Source: Dehalococcoidia bacterium
Lineage (GTDB): Bacteria; Chloroflexota; Dehalococcoidia; Lucifugimonadales; UBA3495
Assembly (NCBI GenBank): GCA_030740155.1
Contig: JASLXV010000069.1
Span: forward strand, 32,001 to 96,000
Length of the DNA: 64,000 nt
Direction of reading: 5' to 3'
How positions within the stretch are numbered: position 1 is the first letter of the stretch; each line of letters starts with the position of its first letter. The notes under the pieces are model-generated. The model made no database searches. It was given only the letters and a program-made list of their open reading frames with translations, and was not told where the DNA came from. Below, piece by piece: positions 9,403-19,552 of the stretch. The position numbers and the translations under genes are program-made.

Positions 9403-10962
9403 ATGTTCGACCTTTTGATCAAAGACGGCCGCGTCATCGACGGAACCGGCCAAGCCGGGTTCCAAGCCAGCGTGGGCATCACCGGCGACGAGGTCACCAT
9501 CGCCCGGGGCGACACCTCATCGTTGGCAGCGGCCCGAGTCATCGACGGTAGTGGCTACGTGGTCTGTCCGGGCTTCATCGACATGCATTCCCACTCGGAC
9601 CTGAAGCTGCTGGCCGAGCCCAAACACGAGGCGAAGGTCCGCCAGGGGGTCACCACCGAGGTCCTGGGCATGGACGGCCTGTCCTACGCTCCCACATCCC
9701 CGGCCAACCTGGAGCAACTCCTCACCTATCTCGCCGCCATCAACGGCAGGCCGCCGGCCGGCGTCCGGTGGGGCAGCGTCAAGGAGTTCCTGGACCTGTT
9801 CGACCGGCGGGCGGCCTGCAACGTGGCCTTCATGGTGCCCCATGCCGCTATCCGGGTGGAAGCCATGGGATGGGAAGACCGGCTTCCCACCGGCGAGGAG
9901 CTAGCCCGGATGAAGGAGCTAGCCCGCCAGGGGATGCGGGACGGCGCCTTTGGCTTCTCCACCGGTTTGACCTACGCCCCCGGGGCCTACAGCGATACCG
10001 AAGAGCTGGTGGCCGTGTGTGAGGCCATCAAGGACCTGGGCGGCTTCTACATGACCCATGCCCGGTACACCCTGGGCGACCGGCTGCTGGACCCCTTCCG
10101 GGAGGCGATTGCCATCGGACGCCGCAGCAGCGTACCGTCGCACATTTCCCACTATCACAACCCCGTCGACGGAATGGGCGAGCGGATGCTGGCCCTGGTG
10201 GACAAGGGATTGGACTCGGGACTTGACATAACTTTCGATCAGTATCCTTATGCCGCGGCCAGCACCATCCTGCATTCGCTGCTGCCCTACTGGGCGCATG
10301 CGGGAGGCCCCGGAGCATTGCTGCAACGTATCCAGGACCCGGGGATCAGAGACGAGATCGGCAACGCGATGGACCCTTTGTGGGGGCCGTCCCTGGAGGA
10401 TTTCTTCTTCAGCCACCTCGGCACGGCCAAGAACAAGGAGTGGGAGGGCCGATCTCTGGCAGACCTGGCAAGGGCCCAGGGCAAGCGGATGGTTGACACC
10501 ATCTGCGACCTGCTCATCGAAGAAAACCTGGAGGTGGCCTTCGTGGCCCGCACCGGCAACCCGGACAACATCCGCACCATCGTTCGCCATCCGGCGCACA
10601 TGGTGGGCTCCGACGGCCTCCTTACCGGGGAGAAGCCCAACCCCCGGAGCTACGGGACCTTCCCCTACATTCTGGGCCAGTTCGTCAGGGAAGAAGGGCT
10701 GCTCCGGTTGGAGGAAGGGGTTCGCAAGATGACTGCCCTGCCGGCCCAACGGCTGGGGCTGAAGGACCGGGGCATCCTGCGAGACGGCATGAAGGCCGAC
10801 GTCGTGATGTTCGATCCGGAACGGGTGCGGGCATTGGCCACCTTCGACGAGCCCAAACAGTACCCCGAGGGCATCGACTACGTGGTGGTCAACGGCAGGC
10901 TGGTGATAGACAATGGTACTCATACCGGCGCCCTGCCGGGCCGGGCCCTGCGGTCGCAGTAG
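9403..10962 (+). CDS. N-acyl-D-amino-acid deacylase (D-aminoacylase) family amidohydrolase
   Basis: PGFIDMHSHSD, QGVTT, GFSTGL.YAPG, PRSYGTFP, VRKMT motifs. Confidence 0.92.
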   Translation: MFDLLIKDGRVIDGTGQAGFQASVGITGDEVTIARGDTSSLAAARVIDGSGYVVCPGFIDMHSHSDLKLLAEPKHEAKVRQGVTTEVLGMDGLSYAPTSPANLEQLLTYLAAINGRPPAGVRWGSVKEFLDLFDRRAACNVAFMVPHAAIRVEAMGWEDRLPTGEELARMKELARQGMRDGAFGFSTGLTYAPGAYSDTEELVAVCEAIKDLGGFYMTHARYTLGDRLLDPFREAIAIGRRSSVPSHISHYHNPVDGMGERMLALVDKGLDSGLDITFDQYPYAAASTILHSLLPYWAHAGGPGALLQRIQDPGIRDEIGNAMDPLWGPSLEDFFFSHLGTAKNKEWEGRSLADLARAQGKRMVDTICDLLIEENLEVAFVARTGNPDNIRTIVRHPAHMVGSDGLLTGEKPNPRSYGTFPYILGQFVREEGLLRLEEGVRKMTALPAQRLGLKDRGILRDGMKADVVMFDPERVRALATFDEPKQYPEGIDYVVVNGRLVIDNGTHTGALPGRALRSQ

Positions 10963-11124
10963 GGTTCTACCGGTCAGCCTTCAGCGCTCGGCCGGGGTTG
11001 CTTCCCCGATGCCCATGGGGCATAATCCATGGCGATGTCCGCCAGTCAGGCGGCCGTTCGGTGGCCGCCGAAGGCCGGAAGCGGAGCGCTGAAGGCTGAA
11101 AGCCGACAGCTTTGGAGAGTTGAA

Positions 11125-12357
11125 ATGGACTTCGAACCTACTTACACCAGAGAGCAAGAAGAGTTCCGGCAGGAAGTTCAAGAGTGGCTCAAGGAGAACG
11201 TGCCCTCCAACTTGGAGCATCCGCCGGACCCCATCGACCTTACCTACGATCAATACCTGATGCGGCGTGAGTTGGGCCGCCGGTTGGGCGCCAAGGGGTG
11301 GCTGTGGCCCACGGCTCCCACCCAGTATGGCGGCGGCGGCCTTTCCCTGGACCACTCGGTGGTGATCGAGGAGGAGATGGACTCCTACGGCCTCACCGTT
11401 CCTCCCTACTACGATTCCGGCGGCAGGCTGGGTGGCCCGTCAATCCTGGTCTGGGGCTCCGAGGAGCAGAAGCAGCACTTCCTGCCCATGATATTCGGGG
11501 GCCAGATTCGCACCTGGCAGCTGCTAACCGAGCCGGAAGCGGGCTCCGACCTGGCCAACGTTCAGTCCACGGCCATTCCCGATGGCGACGACTACGTCAT
11601 CAACGGGCAAAAGGTCTTTATCGGCAGCTCTTACGGCTGCGACTATATGTGGTCCGTGCTCCGCACCGACACCGAGGCGCCAAGACACCAGAACCTGGGC
11701 TGGTTCATGATACCGGCGGACCTGCCGGGGATATCCATTGTGCCCATGGACCTGCTCATCGGTGGGGGAGAATCCGGGGCCGGCTCCGGTACCAAGAACA
11801 TGATTTTCTTCGACAACGTCCGGATATCCAAGTTCCACATGGTGGGCGGACACAACCAGGGATGGAAGGTGGCCACGACCCACCTGGAGCTGGAGCATGG
11901 CAGCGGCGGGCGCATCGCCCGGAACTGGCTGGTGGACCGCCTCTTCGACTATTGCCGCAGCACCCAGCGCCGCGGCCGGCCGCTGAGCAAAGACCAGGAC
12001 GTACGCGACCACCTGGTGGATGTGTATATCAACGCGGAAATCCTGCGGCTGTTCAACCTGCGCAACTACTGGATGGCCCGTAGCGGGACCAGCATGACCT
12101 ATGAAGGACCCCAGTCGTCCTTCGTCCGCAAGATGTCCGGCCTGCGAATGACCAACACCGTCCTGAACCTCCTGGGACCCGCGGCCCTGACCCATGACGC
12201 CCAGTGGGGCGCCGCCGACGGCCACGTCGAGGCCCACCAACGCTCGGGCATCGTCGCCGTCCATCCGGGGGGCACTGCGGATATTCAGAAGGTAATCATG
12301 GCGCGGCGCATCGGCATCGGCCGCGAGGTGAAGGAGAAGGCCGGAGCACTTGCTTAA
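11125..12357 (+). CDS. Acyl-CoA dehydrogenase (probable catalytic subunit)
   Basis: TEPEAGSDLA, INGQKVF, GGTADIQK; start MDFEPTY at 11125 after a GGAG RBS. Confidence 0.92.
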   Translation: MDFEPTYTREQEEFRQEVQEWLKENVPSNLEHPPDPIDLTYDQYLMRRELGRRLGAKGWLWPTAPTQYGGGGLSLDHSVVIEEEMDSYGLTVPPYYDSGGRLGGPSILVWGSEEQKQHFLPMIFGGQIRTWQLLTEPEAGSDLANVQSTAIPDGDDYVINGQKVFIGSSYGCDYMWSVLRTDTEAPRHQNLGWFMIPADLPGISIVPMDLLIGGGESGAGSGTKNMIFFDNVRISKFHMVGGHNQGWKVATTHLELEHGSGGRIARNWLVDRLFDYCRSTQRRGRPLSKDQDVRDHLVDVYINAEILRLFNLRNYWMARSGTSMTYEGPQSSFVRKMSGLRMTNTVLNLLGPAALTHDAQWGAADGHVEAHQRSGIVAVHPGGTADIQKVIMARRIGIGREVKEKAGALA

Positions 12358-12442
12358 CAGCCATCAGCTTTCAGCTTTCAGCAGCCACTCCAATAGTTGG
12401 CCCCTGCTGGCTGACAGCTAATTCCCAGAGGAGGAACCACCC

Positions 12443-13564
12443 ATGGACCTGTCGCTGACCTCGGAACAAGAGATGCTGAAGACGGCGGTTCGCCGCTTCG
12501 TTCAGAAGGAGTACACCAAAGAGACCCTTTTGGACATGGCAACGTCGGGCCATGTAGCGCCTTCAGACCCCTGGCAGAAGCTGGCCGAGACCGGATGGCT
12601 GGGCATCGTGGTCCCGCCGGAGTACGGCGGCGAGGGCGCCTCGCTGACCGATGCCGGGGTGATGTTCGAGGAGCTTGGCCGGGGACCGGTGCCTGGACCC
12701 CACCTTACCTCCGGCGTGCTGGGAGTGTTCACGGTCCTGGAGGGAGGCACCGAAGAGCAGAAACGCGACTGGCTGCCCCGAATCTCCAAGGGCGAGGCCC
12801 GGCTGGTTCCGGCGGTAACGGAGGCCGATTACAGTTGGGAGGCCGGGGACGTGCGCCTGGTGGCCCGGCGGGACGGCGACGGCTATCTCTTGAACGGCAC
12901 CAAGGTATTCATTCTGGACGCCACCTCCGCCACCCATCTCCTGTGCGCCGCTCGCTCGGAAGAGGACGGCGAAGTCGGCATGGCGACGGTGCCGGTAACC
13001 TCTCCCGGCCTCTCCATACGCGCCCTGCCCGGCATGGCCTGGAATCTGGCGGAGGTCAAGTTCGACGACGTAGCGATCGACAAGCCGGACATTCTGGGCG
13101 AGTCGTTCACCAGCGGGTGGGCTGCTCTGGAGCGGGCCATCGCCCGGACCATCCCCGTCATGAGCGCCTACCAGGTTGGGGCCTGCCAGTCGATCTACGA
13201 GTTGTCTGTAGCCTATAGCCGGACCCGGATGCAGTTCGGCACGCCGATCGGCCGGTTCCAGAGGGTGCAGGACCATGTTATCAACCTGGTCAACCAACTG
13301 GATGCAGCCCGTTGGACCACCTACGAGGCCCTCTGGAAGCTGGACACCGGCAAGGCGGCCGCCGACAGCGTCCACCTGGCCAAGGCCGTGGGCAGCGAGG
13401 CCTACTATCAGGCTTGCAACCACGCCCACGAGGTCCACGCCGGGGTGGGCAGCATGACCGAGTACGGTCTGACACTGCACACCACCGCGTCCCGTACCCT
13501 GTACCACTATCTCGGGGACCCTCTCTACCACCGCCGCCGGCTGGCCGAGGCGTTGGAGTTGTAG
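12443..13564 (+). CDS. Acyl-CoA dehydrogenase (partner subunit)
   Basis: LNGTKVF, R.QFGTPIGRFQ.VQ, HEVHAGVG motifs; GAGGAGG RBS. Confidence 0.92.
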   Translation: MDLSLTSEQEMLKTAVRRFVQKEYTKETLLDMATSGHVAPSDPWQKLAETGWLGIVVPPEYGGEGASLTDAGVMFEELGRGPVPGPHLTSGVLGVFTVLEGGTEEQKRDWLPRISKGEARLVPAVTEADYSWEAGDVRLVARRDGDGYLLNGTKVFILDATSATHLLCAARSEEDGEVGMATVPVTSPGLSIRALPGMAWNLAEVKFDDVAIDKPDILGESFTSGWAALERAIARTIPVMSAYQVGACQSIYELSVAYSRTRMQFGTPIGRFQRVQDHVINLVNQLDAARWTTYEALWKLDTGKAAADSVHLAKAVGSEAYYQACNHAHEVHAGVGSMTEYGLTLHTTASRTLYHYLGDPLYHRRRLAEALEL

Positions 13565-13568
13565 GCGC
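13517..13568 (+). repeat. Direct repeat copy 1 (3' end of the acyl-CoA dehydrogenase gene)
   Basis: 52 bp, 46/52 identical to 14565-14616 by manual alignment. Confidence 0.9.
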
Positions 13569-13576
13569 CGCGAGAA

Positions 13577-14521
13577 TCAGGTTTCGTTTTGCGGCACCCC
13601 GGTCAGCTTACCGAAGTTCAAATAACGATCGAGGAAGACGTCTATCCACTCTTTCCGGGTGTTGCGCTGGACGGACGCGCACACGCTCTCAAGCGTCCAG
13701 GGCTCGAATGTATTGGCTTCGATGAGACACGCGTTGTAATCGTCCACGGCGCGGGCACAGAATTCGTTTCGTTCGGGATACAGGAACACAAAGAAGCCAT
13801 CATCGAAATCTGCTGCCGCCAGCAAGCTGCCCGCCAGTAGATGGTCCCGCCACACCTGTTGAAGTGGCTGTTTTTGAAGTAGCTTCAGGCGGTCATCCCT
13901 GAAACAGCCCATGGTGCGAGCTACTTCGATGTAACGGGGCCGATGCCTGGCCGGTTTGCCTAGCAGGTTTTCGTGGTACTTTACCTCTACGCCGACGAAA
14001 CCCCTCCCACCTTTCGAGGTAATATAATTGATATAGACGTCAAAAGCGGAGTTGTCCCCGGTGTAATTGTCGTCTCCTCGGCCTGGCGAGTACTCGAACT
14101 CGATACCGGTAACCTCTGCAATACGGCCGCCGCTCAGTGCGCCAAGAGACGACGTGGCTAACGATAGATCTTGTTGGAGTTCGCCGAACAGGTTGAATGC
14201 CAGGGGTTGGCTCGACAACAAGTCGTTAAATATCCTCGGCCGTCCATACAGCTTGCCACTGCTTTTGGTTTTGTCGAGCACCTCCTGCCCCACGACTCCG
14301 CGCACCGTTTCCGTGAGGTAATTCGACAATGTCTCCTCGGCCCATGGCATTGCCAACCGTGAGCCGAGGAGCCTGCTTCCGCCTCTACCTCGGTGCTCAC
14401 CGATCGGGTAGCCACGTTCCACACGCCACATGGACTGCAACACCCGGGCCTGACGCTGGAAATTTCGCCGGTCGATCTTCTCGAACACTTGGTAACGCCT
14501 CGCAATTTCATCAAGGTTCAT
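13577..14521 (-). CDS. Putative PD-(D/E)XK restriction-endonuclease-like protein (PGN_0703-like)
   Basis: LLSSQPLAFNLF, IEFEY, SAFDVYI...GVEVKYHE (D...ExK), QQVWRDHLLA motifs; visibly less GC-rich than neighbours. Confidence 0.75.
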   Translation of the reverse strand: MNLDEIARRYQVFEKIDRRNFQRQARVLQSMWRVERGYPIGEHRGRGGSRLLGSRLAMPWAEETLSNYLTETVRGVVGQEVLDKTKSSGKLYGRPRIFNDLLSSQPLAFNLFGELQQDLSLATSSLGALSGGRIAEVTGIEFEYSPGRGDDNYTGDNSAFDVYINYITSKGGRGFVGVEVKYHENLLGKPARHRPRYIEVARTMGCFRDDRLKLLQKQPLQQVWRDHLLAGSLLAAADFDDGFFVFLYPERNEFCARAVDDYNACLIEANTFEPWTLESVCASVQRNTRKEWIDVFLDRYLNFGKLTGVPQNET

Positions 14522-14564
14522 AGAGTGAAGATACTCCTATGGCGGCGGTGACCACCACAACGTC

Positions 14565-14616
14565 GACCCCCTGTACCACTGCCGCCGGCTGGCCGAAGCG
14601 TTGGATCTGTAGGCGC
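14565..14616 (+). repeat. Direct repeat copy 2 (orphan duplicate of the acyl-CoA dehydrogenase 3' end)
   Basis: Reads DPLYHCRRLAEALDL* versus DPLYHRRRLAEALEL* in the intact gene. Confidence 0.9.
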
Positions 14617-14623
14617 TAGAGCC

Positions 14624-16819
14624 TCAACGGCCCGCCGACTCGGCGGGTCTTTCCCCGGCAGCGGTACCCTTTAGTCTCAAACCGATCCGGGCCAGGTTTA
14701 GCTCCAGGTACGAGTAATCCCGGCCCAGCAGTTCCCGTACCGGGGCCAAGAGGAGGCCCTCTGTTTCGTGGAACGCCTTCTCGATCTTCGCCAGGCGCTC
14801 CGCTGGCGGCATCAAATAGCCCAGGTCAAGCTCTTCGCCGGCCATGACCAACTGCTCCAGGTGGTAAACGATGGTGCTCTCCGCCAGGCCGCGGGCCTGC
14901 GCAATATCGCCGAGCGGCAGCTTTTGACGGGCCAATCGCTTCGTTTCTTCCCGGGTTGCCCCGCCTCGCCGGGCGTTGCCATTTCTCTCGCGCCGGCCCC
15001 TGGGCGCCTCTTTTCCCACAAGCCCGTTGGTGGTGGCGTGGTCGCTGATTAGCGCCAGGAAGGGCTCGCTGAATTCGTCAAGTTTAACCCTTCCGACCCC
15101 GGATATCCGGAGAAAGCTCTCTTCGGTCTGGGGAAGGTAGGATGCCATCTGCCGGAGCGATGCGTCACCGAATATCAGGTACGGCGGTACGCCGCGCTCA
15201 TCCGCGATCCGCTTGCGCAAGACCCGTAGCTTCTGAAACAGGTCCGGGTCACCGGTCAGGTTATCGGCAACTGGGGTTGAGGTATCGCCCATTGAACGAT
15301 CCGGGGAGCGTATGGGCCGCGTGAGGGTCAACTGCTCCCGGTTTCGGAGGAAAGCGTTGCCCGCATGGGTGACGAAGAGGGTGGGAAACTGACCGGCATC
15401 TTTTTCCAGCAGCCCCTTTCCCAGGAGGGCGTTCATCGACTGCGTCAGCTCATCAACGGAAAGATCACGGGCGATCCCATACACCGTCAGCCGGTCGTGC
15501 TCCCATTTGCGGATTTGCTTGGTCGCGGCGCCTCGAAGCACGCCGGCGATGTGGCTCGCGCCGAACCGCTCACCGGTCCGGATGACCGCCGAAAGGATCT
15601 TCTGAGAGATTTCGGTGGCGTCATACTCCTCCCGCTGTTCCAAGCAGACGTCGCACCCGCCGCAGCTTTCCTCTTCCCACTTCTCCCCGAAATACTCCAG
15701 CAGGTGTTTTCGGCGGCAGGTCTGGAGTTCAGCGAACTCGACCATTTGAGCCAGCTTCAGCCGAGCGCTATCTCGCTCCGTGCGGCCCTCGATCCGTTCG
15801 ATGAAGTAGTCTTGCCTTATCTTGTCGCCGTAGGAGTAAAAGAGGACGCACTCGCTGGGCAGTCCGTCGCGCCCGGCCCGTCCCGTCTCCTGGTAGTAGC
15901 CTTCGAGGGACTTCGGCAGGTCGAAGTGGACCACCAGGCGAACGTCCGGCTTGTCGATCCCCATTCCGAAGGCGATGGTCGCGACTACGATGGGGACCTC
16001 ATCATGGATAAACTTTTCCTGGGTATCGTTACGCGTCGACCGCTCGAGGCCGGCATGGTATGGCAGCGCCTTGAATCCTCGATCCGACAGGTCCTCCGCC
16101 AGGGCTTCGGTGTCTTTGCGGGAGATGCGGTAGATGATGACGGAGCAGGGGCCGTGCTTTTTCAGCAGCTTCAGAAGTTCATCGAAGGAGTCCCTTTTGG
16201 GTTGGACCACGTAGCTGAGGTTGGCGCGGTTGAAGCTGGATATGAATGTCTCCGGCAGCCGGAGACCAAGCTGGGTAACGATGTCCTGGCGCACTTCCAT
16301 GGTGGCCGTGGCGGTCAAGGCGATCACCGGGACGTTGGGGAAATCGTGCCTGAGGGTTTTCAGGTTGCGATAGTCCGGCCGAAAGTCGTGGCCCCATTCT
16401 GAAATGCAGTGGGCCTCGTCGATGGCGAAGAGGCTGATGTCCAGGCTTCCCAAGAATTCGCGGAACCCCGGTATGGCCAGGCGTTCCGGAGCGAGGTAGA
16501 GAATCTTGAGGGAACCCTCCAGGGCCCGCGCCCGTACTCGATTGATCTCCGAAGCAGGCAACGTGCTGTTGATGAACGCGGCCGGAATGCCGTTGGACTT
16601 GAGGCCGTCAACCTGGTCCTTCATCAGGGCGATCAGCGGCGAGACCACGACGGTAAGTCCTTCGAAGCGGAGGGCCGGCATCTGGTAGCAGAGCGACTTG
16701 CCTCCGCCCGTGGGCATCAAGACCAGGGTGTCCCCTCGGGCAAGCACCCGGGTGATGATCTCTTCCTGTTGGGGGAGGAAGTGATCGAAGCCGAAATTAG
16801 ATTTTAGAAGCGCAAGCAT
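14624..16819 (-). CDS. recQ: ATP-dependent DNA helicase RecQ
   Basis: [45 protein letters not shown], Zn-binding Cys cluster, RQC, HRDC and a C-terminal HTH. Confidence 0.97.
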   Translation of the reverse strand: MLALLKSNFGFDHFLPQQEEIITRVLARGDTLVLMPTGGGKSLCYQMPALRFEGLTVVVSPLIALMKDQVDGLKSNGIPAAFINSTLPASEINRVRARALEGSLKILYLAPERLAIPGFREFLGSLDISLFAIDEAHCISEWGHDFRPDYRNLKTLRHDFPNVPVIALTATATMEVRQDIVTQLGLRLPETFISSFNRANLSYVVQPKRDSFDELLKLLKKHGPCSVIIYRISRKDTEALAEDLSDRGFKALPYHAGLERSTRNDTQEKFIHDEVPIVVATIAFGMGIDKPDVRLVVHFDLPKSLEGYYQETGRAGRDGLPSECVLFYSYGDKIRQDYFIERIEGRTERDSARLKLAQMVEFAELQTCRRKHLLEYFGEKWEEESCGGCDVCLEQREEYDATEISQKILSAVIRTGERFGASHIAGVLRGAATKQIRKWEHDRLTVYGIARDLSVDELTQSMNALLGKGLLEKDAGQFPTLFVTHAGNAFLRNREQLTLTRPIRSPDRSMGDTSTPVADNLTGDPDLFQKLRVLRKRIADERGVPPYLIFGDASLRQMASYLPQTEESFLRISGVGRVKLDEFSEPFLALISDHATTNGLVGKEAPRGRRERNGNARRGGATREETKRLARQKLPLGDIAQARGLAESTIVYHLEQLVMAGEELDLGYLMPPAERLAKIEKAFHETEGLLLAPVRELLGRDYSYLELNLARIGLRLKGTAAGERPAESAGR

Positions 16820-16914
16820 CGAGCCATGCTAGCCTGGCGGCTTGTATTCATCAATGCCCACCTGTCAGTGCCGGTGCCAGGCACGGGGATTGGCCTCAGA
16901 AACACCCGGGGATA

Positions 16915-17190
16915 TGTCACCCCGAGTGAAGCGAGGCGTTTCGGGTAAAAGGTCCAGGCCGCCACGCGGGGACCCCCTCTGAAAATGGCCCTCACCCCCG
17001 GCCCCTCTCCCGATGGGAGAGGGGGCATCGAGTGTTTTCATCTGCCGGTGGCGCCTCGCCGGGGCATGACAACTCGGAGTGACAGCGTCGCTTCGCTTCT
17101 CGGAGTGACCGCTTTGGGGCGAAGCCCAGGTACGGGTTTAGGTCGAATCCCCCCCAGTTCCCCTGCTCAGAGGGGCATCGAGGGGGATTT
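16915..17190. repeat. Cluster of three palindromic repeat families
   Basis: TGTCACCCCGAGTGAAGCGAGG at about 16915 (reverse-complement relative at about 58935-58962), GCCCTCACCCCCGGCCCCTCTCCCGATGGGAGAGGGG (16988-17024) and AATCCCCC...GGGGGATTT (17146-17190). Confidence 0.8.
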
Positions 17191-17231
17191 GTGATTCCTC
17201 TGATTTGGCTAGCGATGCCTAGGTTGGTGGC

Positions 17232-17996
17232 TCACCGCCCCTTCCAAACCGGGGCACGCTTCTCCGCGAACGCCTTGACGCCCTCCTGGGCGTCCTCGGT
17301 GTGCAGAACGAAGTCCCGCTTGGATTGGGCGTAGGCGACCCGCCGCTCCAGGTCCATTGCCGCGCCGTTGACCGACGCATCCTTGATGGCCGCGATGGAA
17401 AGGGGAGCGTTGGCGGTTATCTTGCGGGCCATCTCCTCGGCCCTGGGCATCACCTCATCCGGCGGCACCACGTGGTTGACCAGCATCAGGTCCAGGGCCC
17501 GCTGGGCGTTAACGAACTCACCGGTGAACAGAAACTCGAAGGCGATGTTGCGGGGGACCACCTGGGCCAGCAGGGCCGGGCCGCTGACCGAAGATATCCC
17601 TCGTTTGACCTGAGGCCAGCCGAACTGGGCCTCGGTAGACGCGATCCGGATGTCGCTGCCCAGCGCAATGCCACAGCCCTGGGCCAAACAGATGCCGTTG
17701 ATGGCGGCGATGATCGGCTTCCAGATGTTGCACTGGACCACGTACAGGTCGCCGGTGCTGGGTCCCTCGTTGGCGCGGGCGGCGGCCATGGCCACCAGGT
17801 CGTGGCCCGTGGAGAAGGCCCGGCCCCGGCCGGTCACGATGGCGCACCGCACCTCAGGGTTGTTCTTCACGTCCTGAAAGGCGTCCCAGAGCAGCTGCCG
17901 CATCTCCGGATTGATGGCGTTGAGCTTCTCCGGGCGGTTCATCGTGATGTAGGCGATGCCGTCCTTAATTTCGTACAATGCTTCCGGTTCTGCCAA
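17232..17996 (-). CDS. Enoyl-CoA hydratase/isomerase family protein
   Basis: ITMNRPEKLNA, GRAFSTGHDL, KPIIAAING, AFAEKRAP; TTG start after GGGAGG. Confidence 0.9.
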   Translation of the reverse strand: MAEPEALYEIKDGIAYITMNRPEKLNAINPEMRQLLWDAFQDVKNNPEVRCAIVTGRGRAFSTGHDLVAMAAARANEGPSTGDLYVVQCNIWKPIIAAINGICLAQGCGIALGSDIRIASTEAQFGWPQVKRGISSVSGPALLAQVVPRNIAFEFLFTGEFVNAQRALDLMLVNHVVPPDEVMPRAEEMARKITANAPLSIAAIKDASVNGAAMDLERRVAYAQSKRDFVLHTEDAQEGVKAFAEKRAPVWKGR

Positions 17997-18138
17997 TCTT
18001 GCACCTCCCTGATGTTTTGTGGTTCTTCCTAGATTCTGAAACTCTCACCGATGGTCCCCAGAAACACCCAAAGAAAAGAAATCTCCGTGCCTCTGTGTCT
18101 CTGTGGTTCCGTACCCCCGGTACCCCGGGTACCCCCAC

Positions 18139-19416
18139 CTACCCCATGAGCCGCGACCCGATGGGCTTGGTGCCGATCACCTCCTGCGCTTCCAGGGCGG
18201 CGATTTCCTCACGCGGCATGCCCAACAGCTCCCCGTAGATCTGATTATTGTGCTGGCCCAGGGTCGGCGAGGCCCAGCGGACCCGGACGGGGGTGGCCGA
18301 CATCTTCCAGGGCATGCCCGGGTAACGGCGTGGGCCAACCTGGGGATGGTCCACGGTGACAAAGGTGCCCCGTTCGGTATAGTGGGGGTCTTCCAGCAGG
18401 TCCGGACCCCGCAGCACCGCGGCGGAAGGCACGCCGATACCCTGAAGTTCCTCGGCTGCCCGGAATGCATCCTGCCCGGCCGTCCAGCGGGTTATAATTT
18501 CGTCCAGCTCGTCCAGGTGCTGCAGCCGGCCGGCAGCCGTGGCGAAGCGAGGGTCGCCGGCCAGATCTTCGCCGCCGACCAGGCGGGCCAGCCCCCGCCA
18601 CTGCTCGCTGCTGGTGACGGCGATGGTAACCCAGCGGTCTTCCCCGGCGCAAGGGTAGACGTTGTGCGGCGCGAGATCGGGGGACCGGTTGCCTTTCCGC
18701 TCCGGCTCTTCGCCGCTGATCTGGTACGCCAGCACGTCGGCGCCGGTGAGGGCCACCGCAGATTCGTGCTGAGACACGTCGATCATCATCCCTTTGCCGG
18801 TGCGTCGCCGGTAGCGTAGTGCGGCCAGCAGCACCCCGGCGGCGTGGGAGCCGGTTATGGGGTCGCCATGGTTTATGCCGGATTTCATCGGCCCCTCACC
18901 GGCATACCCGGTCATGTGGGCCATCCCGGAAAGCTGCTCCTGGCCGATGCCGTAGCAAACGTAGCCCTTCCAGGGGCCGGTATTGCCGAATGCCGGCATG
19001 GAGACGTAGATCAGATCTGGGCGAAGCCTGCGCAGCGCTTCGTAGTCGTACCCCAACCGGGCCAGGCTACCCTGACGGAAGTTCTCGATCAAGGCATCGC
19101 TGAGCGAGACCAGTTGTTCGAATATCCGTCGTCCCTCGTCGGAGGTCAGCTCCAGGGTGATTCCAAGTTTGCTGAGATGCAGGGTGTTGAACCAGCCGTT
19201 ACGGTTCCAGGGTTGTTCCCCCGGCTCGCCGTCGGGGTAGGAGGCGATGCCTCGGGCCGGGCTGACCGGCCCCCGATGGGAGTCGTAGACGCTGAGCGAC
19301 TCCAGTTTGATCACTTCCGCACCCATATCCGCCATCAGCTTGGTACAGTAAGGCCCCGCCCAAATCCGGGACAGGTCCAGGATGCGGTAGTTTGCCAGAG
19401 CTTGACGGTCACTCAT
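18139..19416 (-). CDS. Class III CoA-transferase (CaiB/BaiF), catalytic Asp retained
   Basis: ILDLS..WAGPYCT, IENFR, HGDPITG, PTLGQHN; start at the ATG at 19416 after GGAG. Confidence 0.92.
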   Translation of the reverse strand: MSDRQALANYRILDLSRIWAGPYCTKLMADMGAEVIKLESLSVYDSHRGPVSPARGIASYPDGEPGEQPWNRNGWFNTLHLSKLGITLELTSDEGRRIFEQLVSLSDALIENFRQGSLARLGYDYEALRRLRPDLIYVSMPAFGNTGPWKGYVCYGIGQEQLSGMAHMTGYAGEGPMKSGINHGDPITGSHAAGVLLAALRYRRRTGKGMMIDVSQHESAVALTGADVLAYQISGEEPERKGNRSPDLAPHNVYPCAGEDRWVTIAVTSSEQWRGLARLVGGEDLAGDPRFATAAGRLQHLDELDEIITRWTAGQDAFRAAEELQGIGVPSAAVLRGPDLLEDPHYTERGTFVTVDHPQVGPRRYPGMPWKMSATPVRVRWASPTLGQHNNQIYGELLGMPREEIAALEAQEVIGTKPIGSRLMG

Positions 19417-19552
19417 TATTGGGACTCCGTTAAAAGCCGTGAACACCACCCCTCCCGGAAAGAACCCGGAGGGCCGTGAATAGCTGGGCCCTGCAAGTCC
19501 TTGGCAAGGAGGGTGGGTCGGGAAGGATAGCGTTGTTTCAGGGCTGGAGTAC

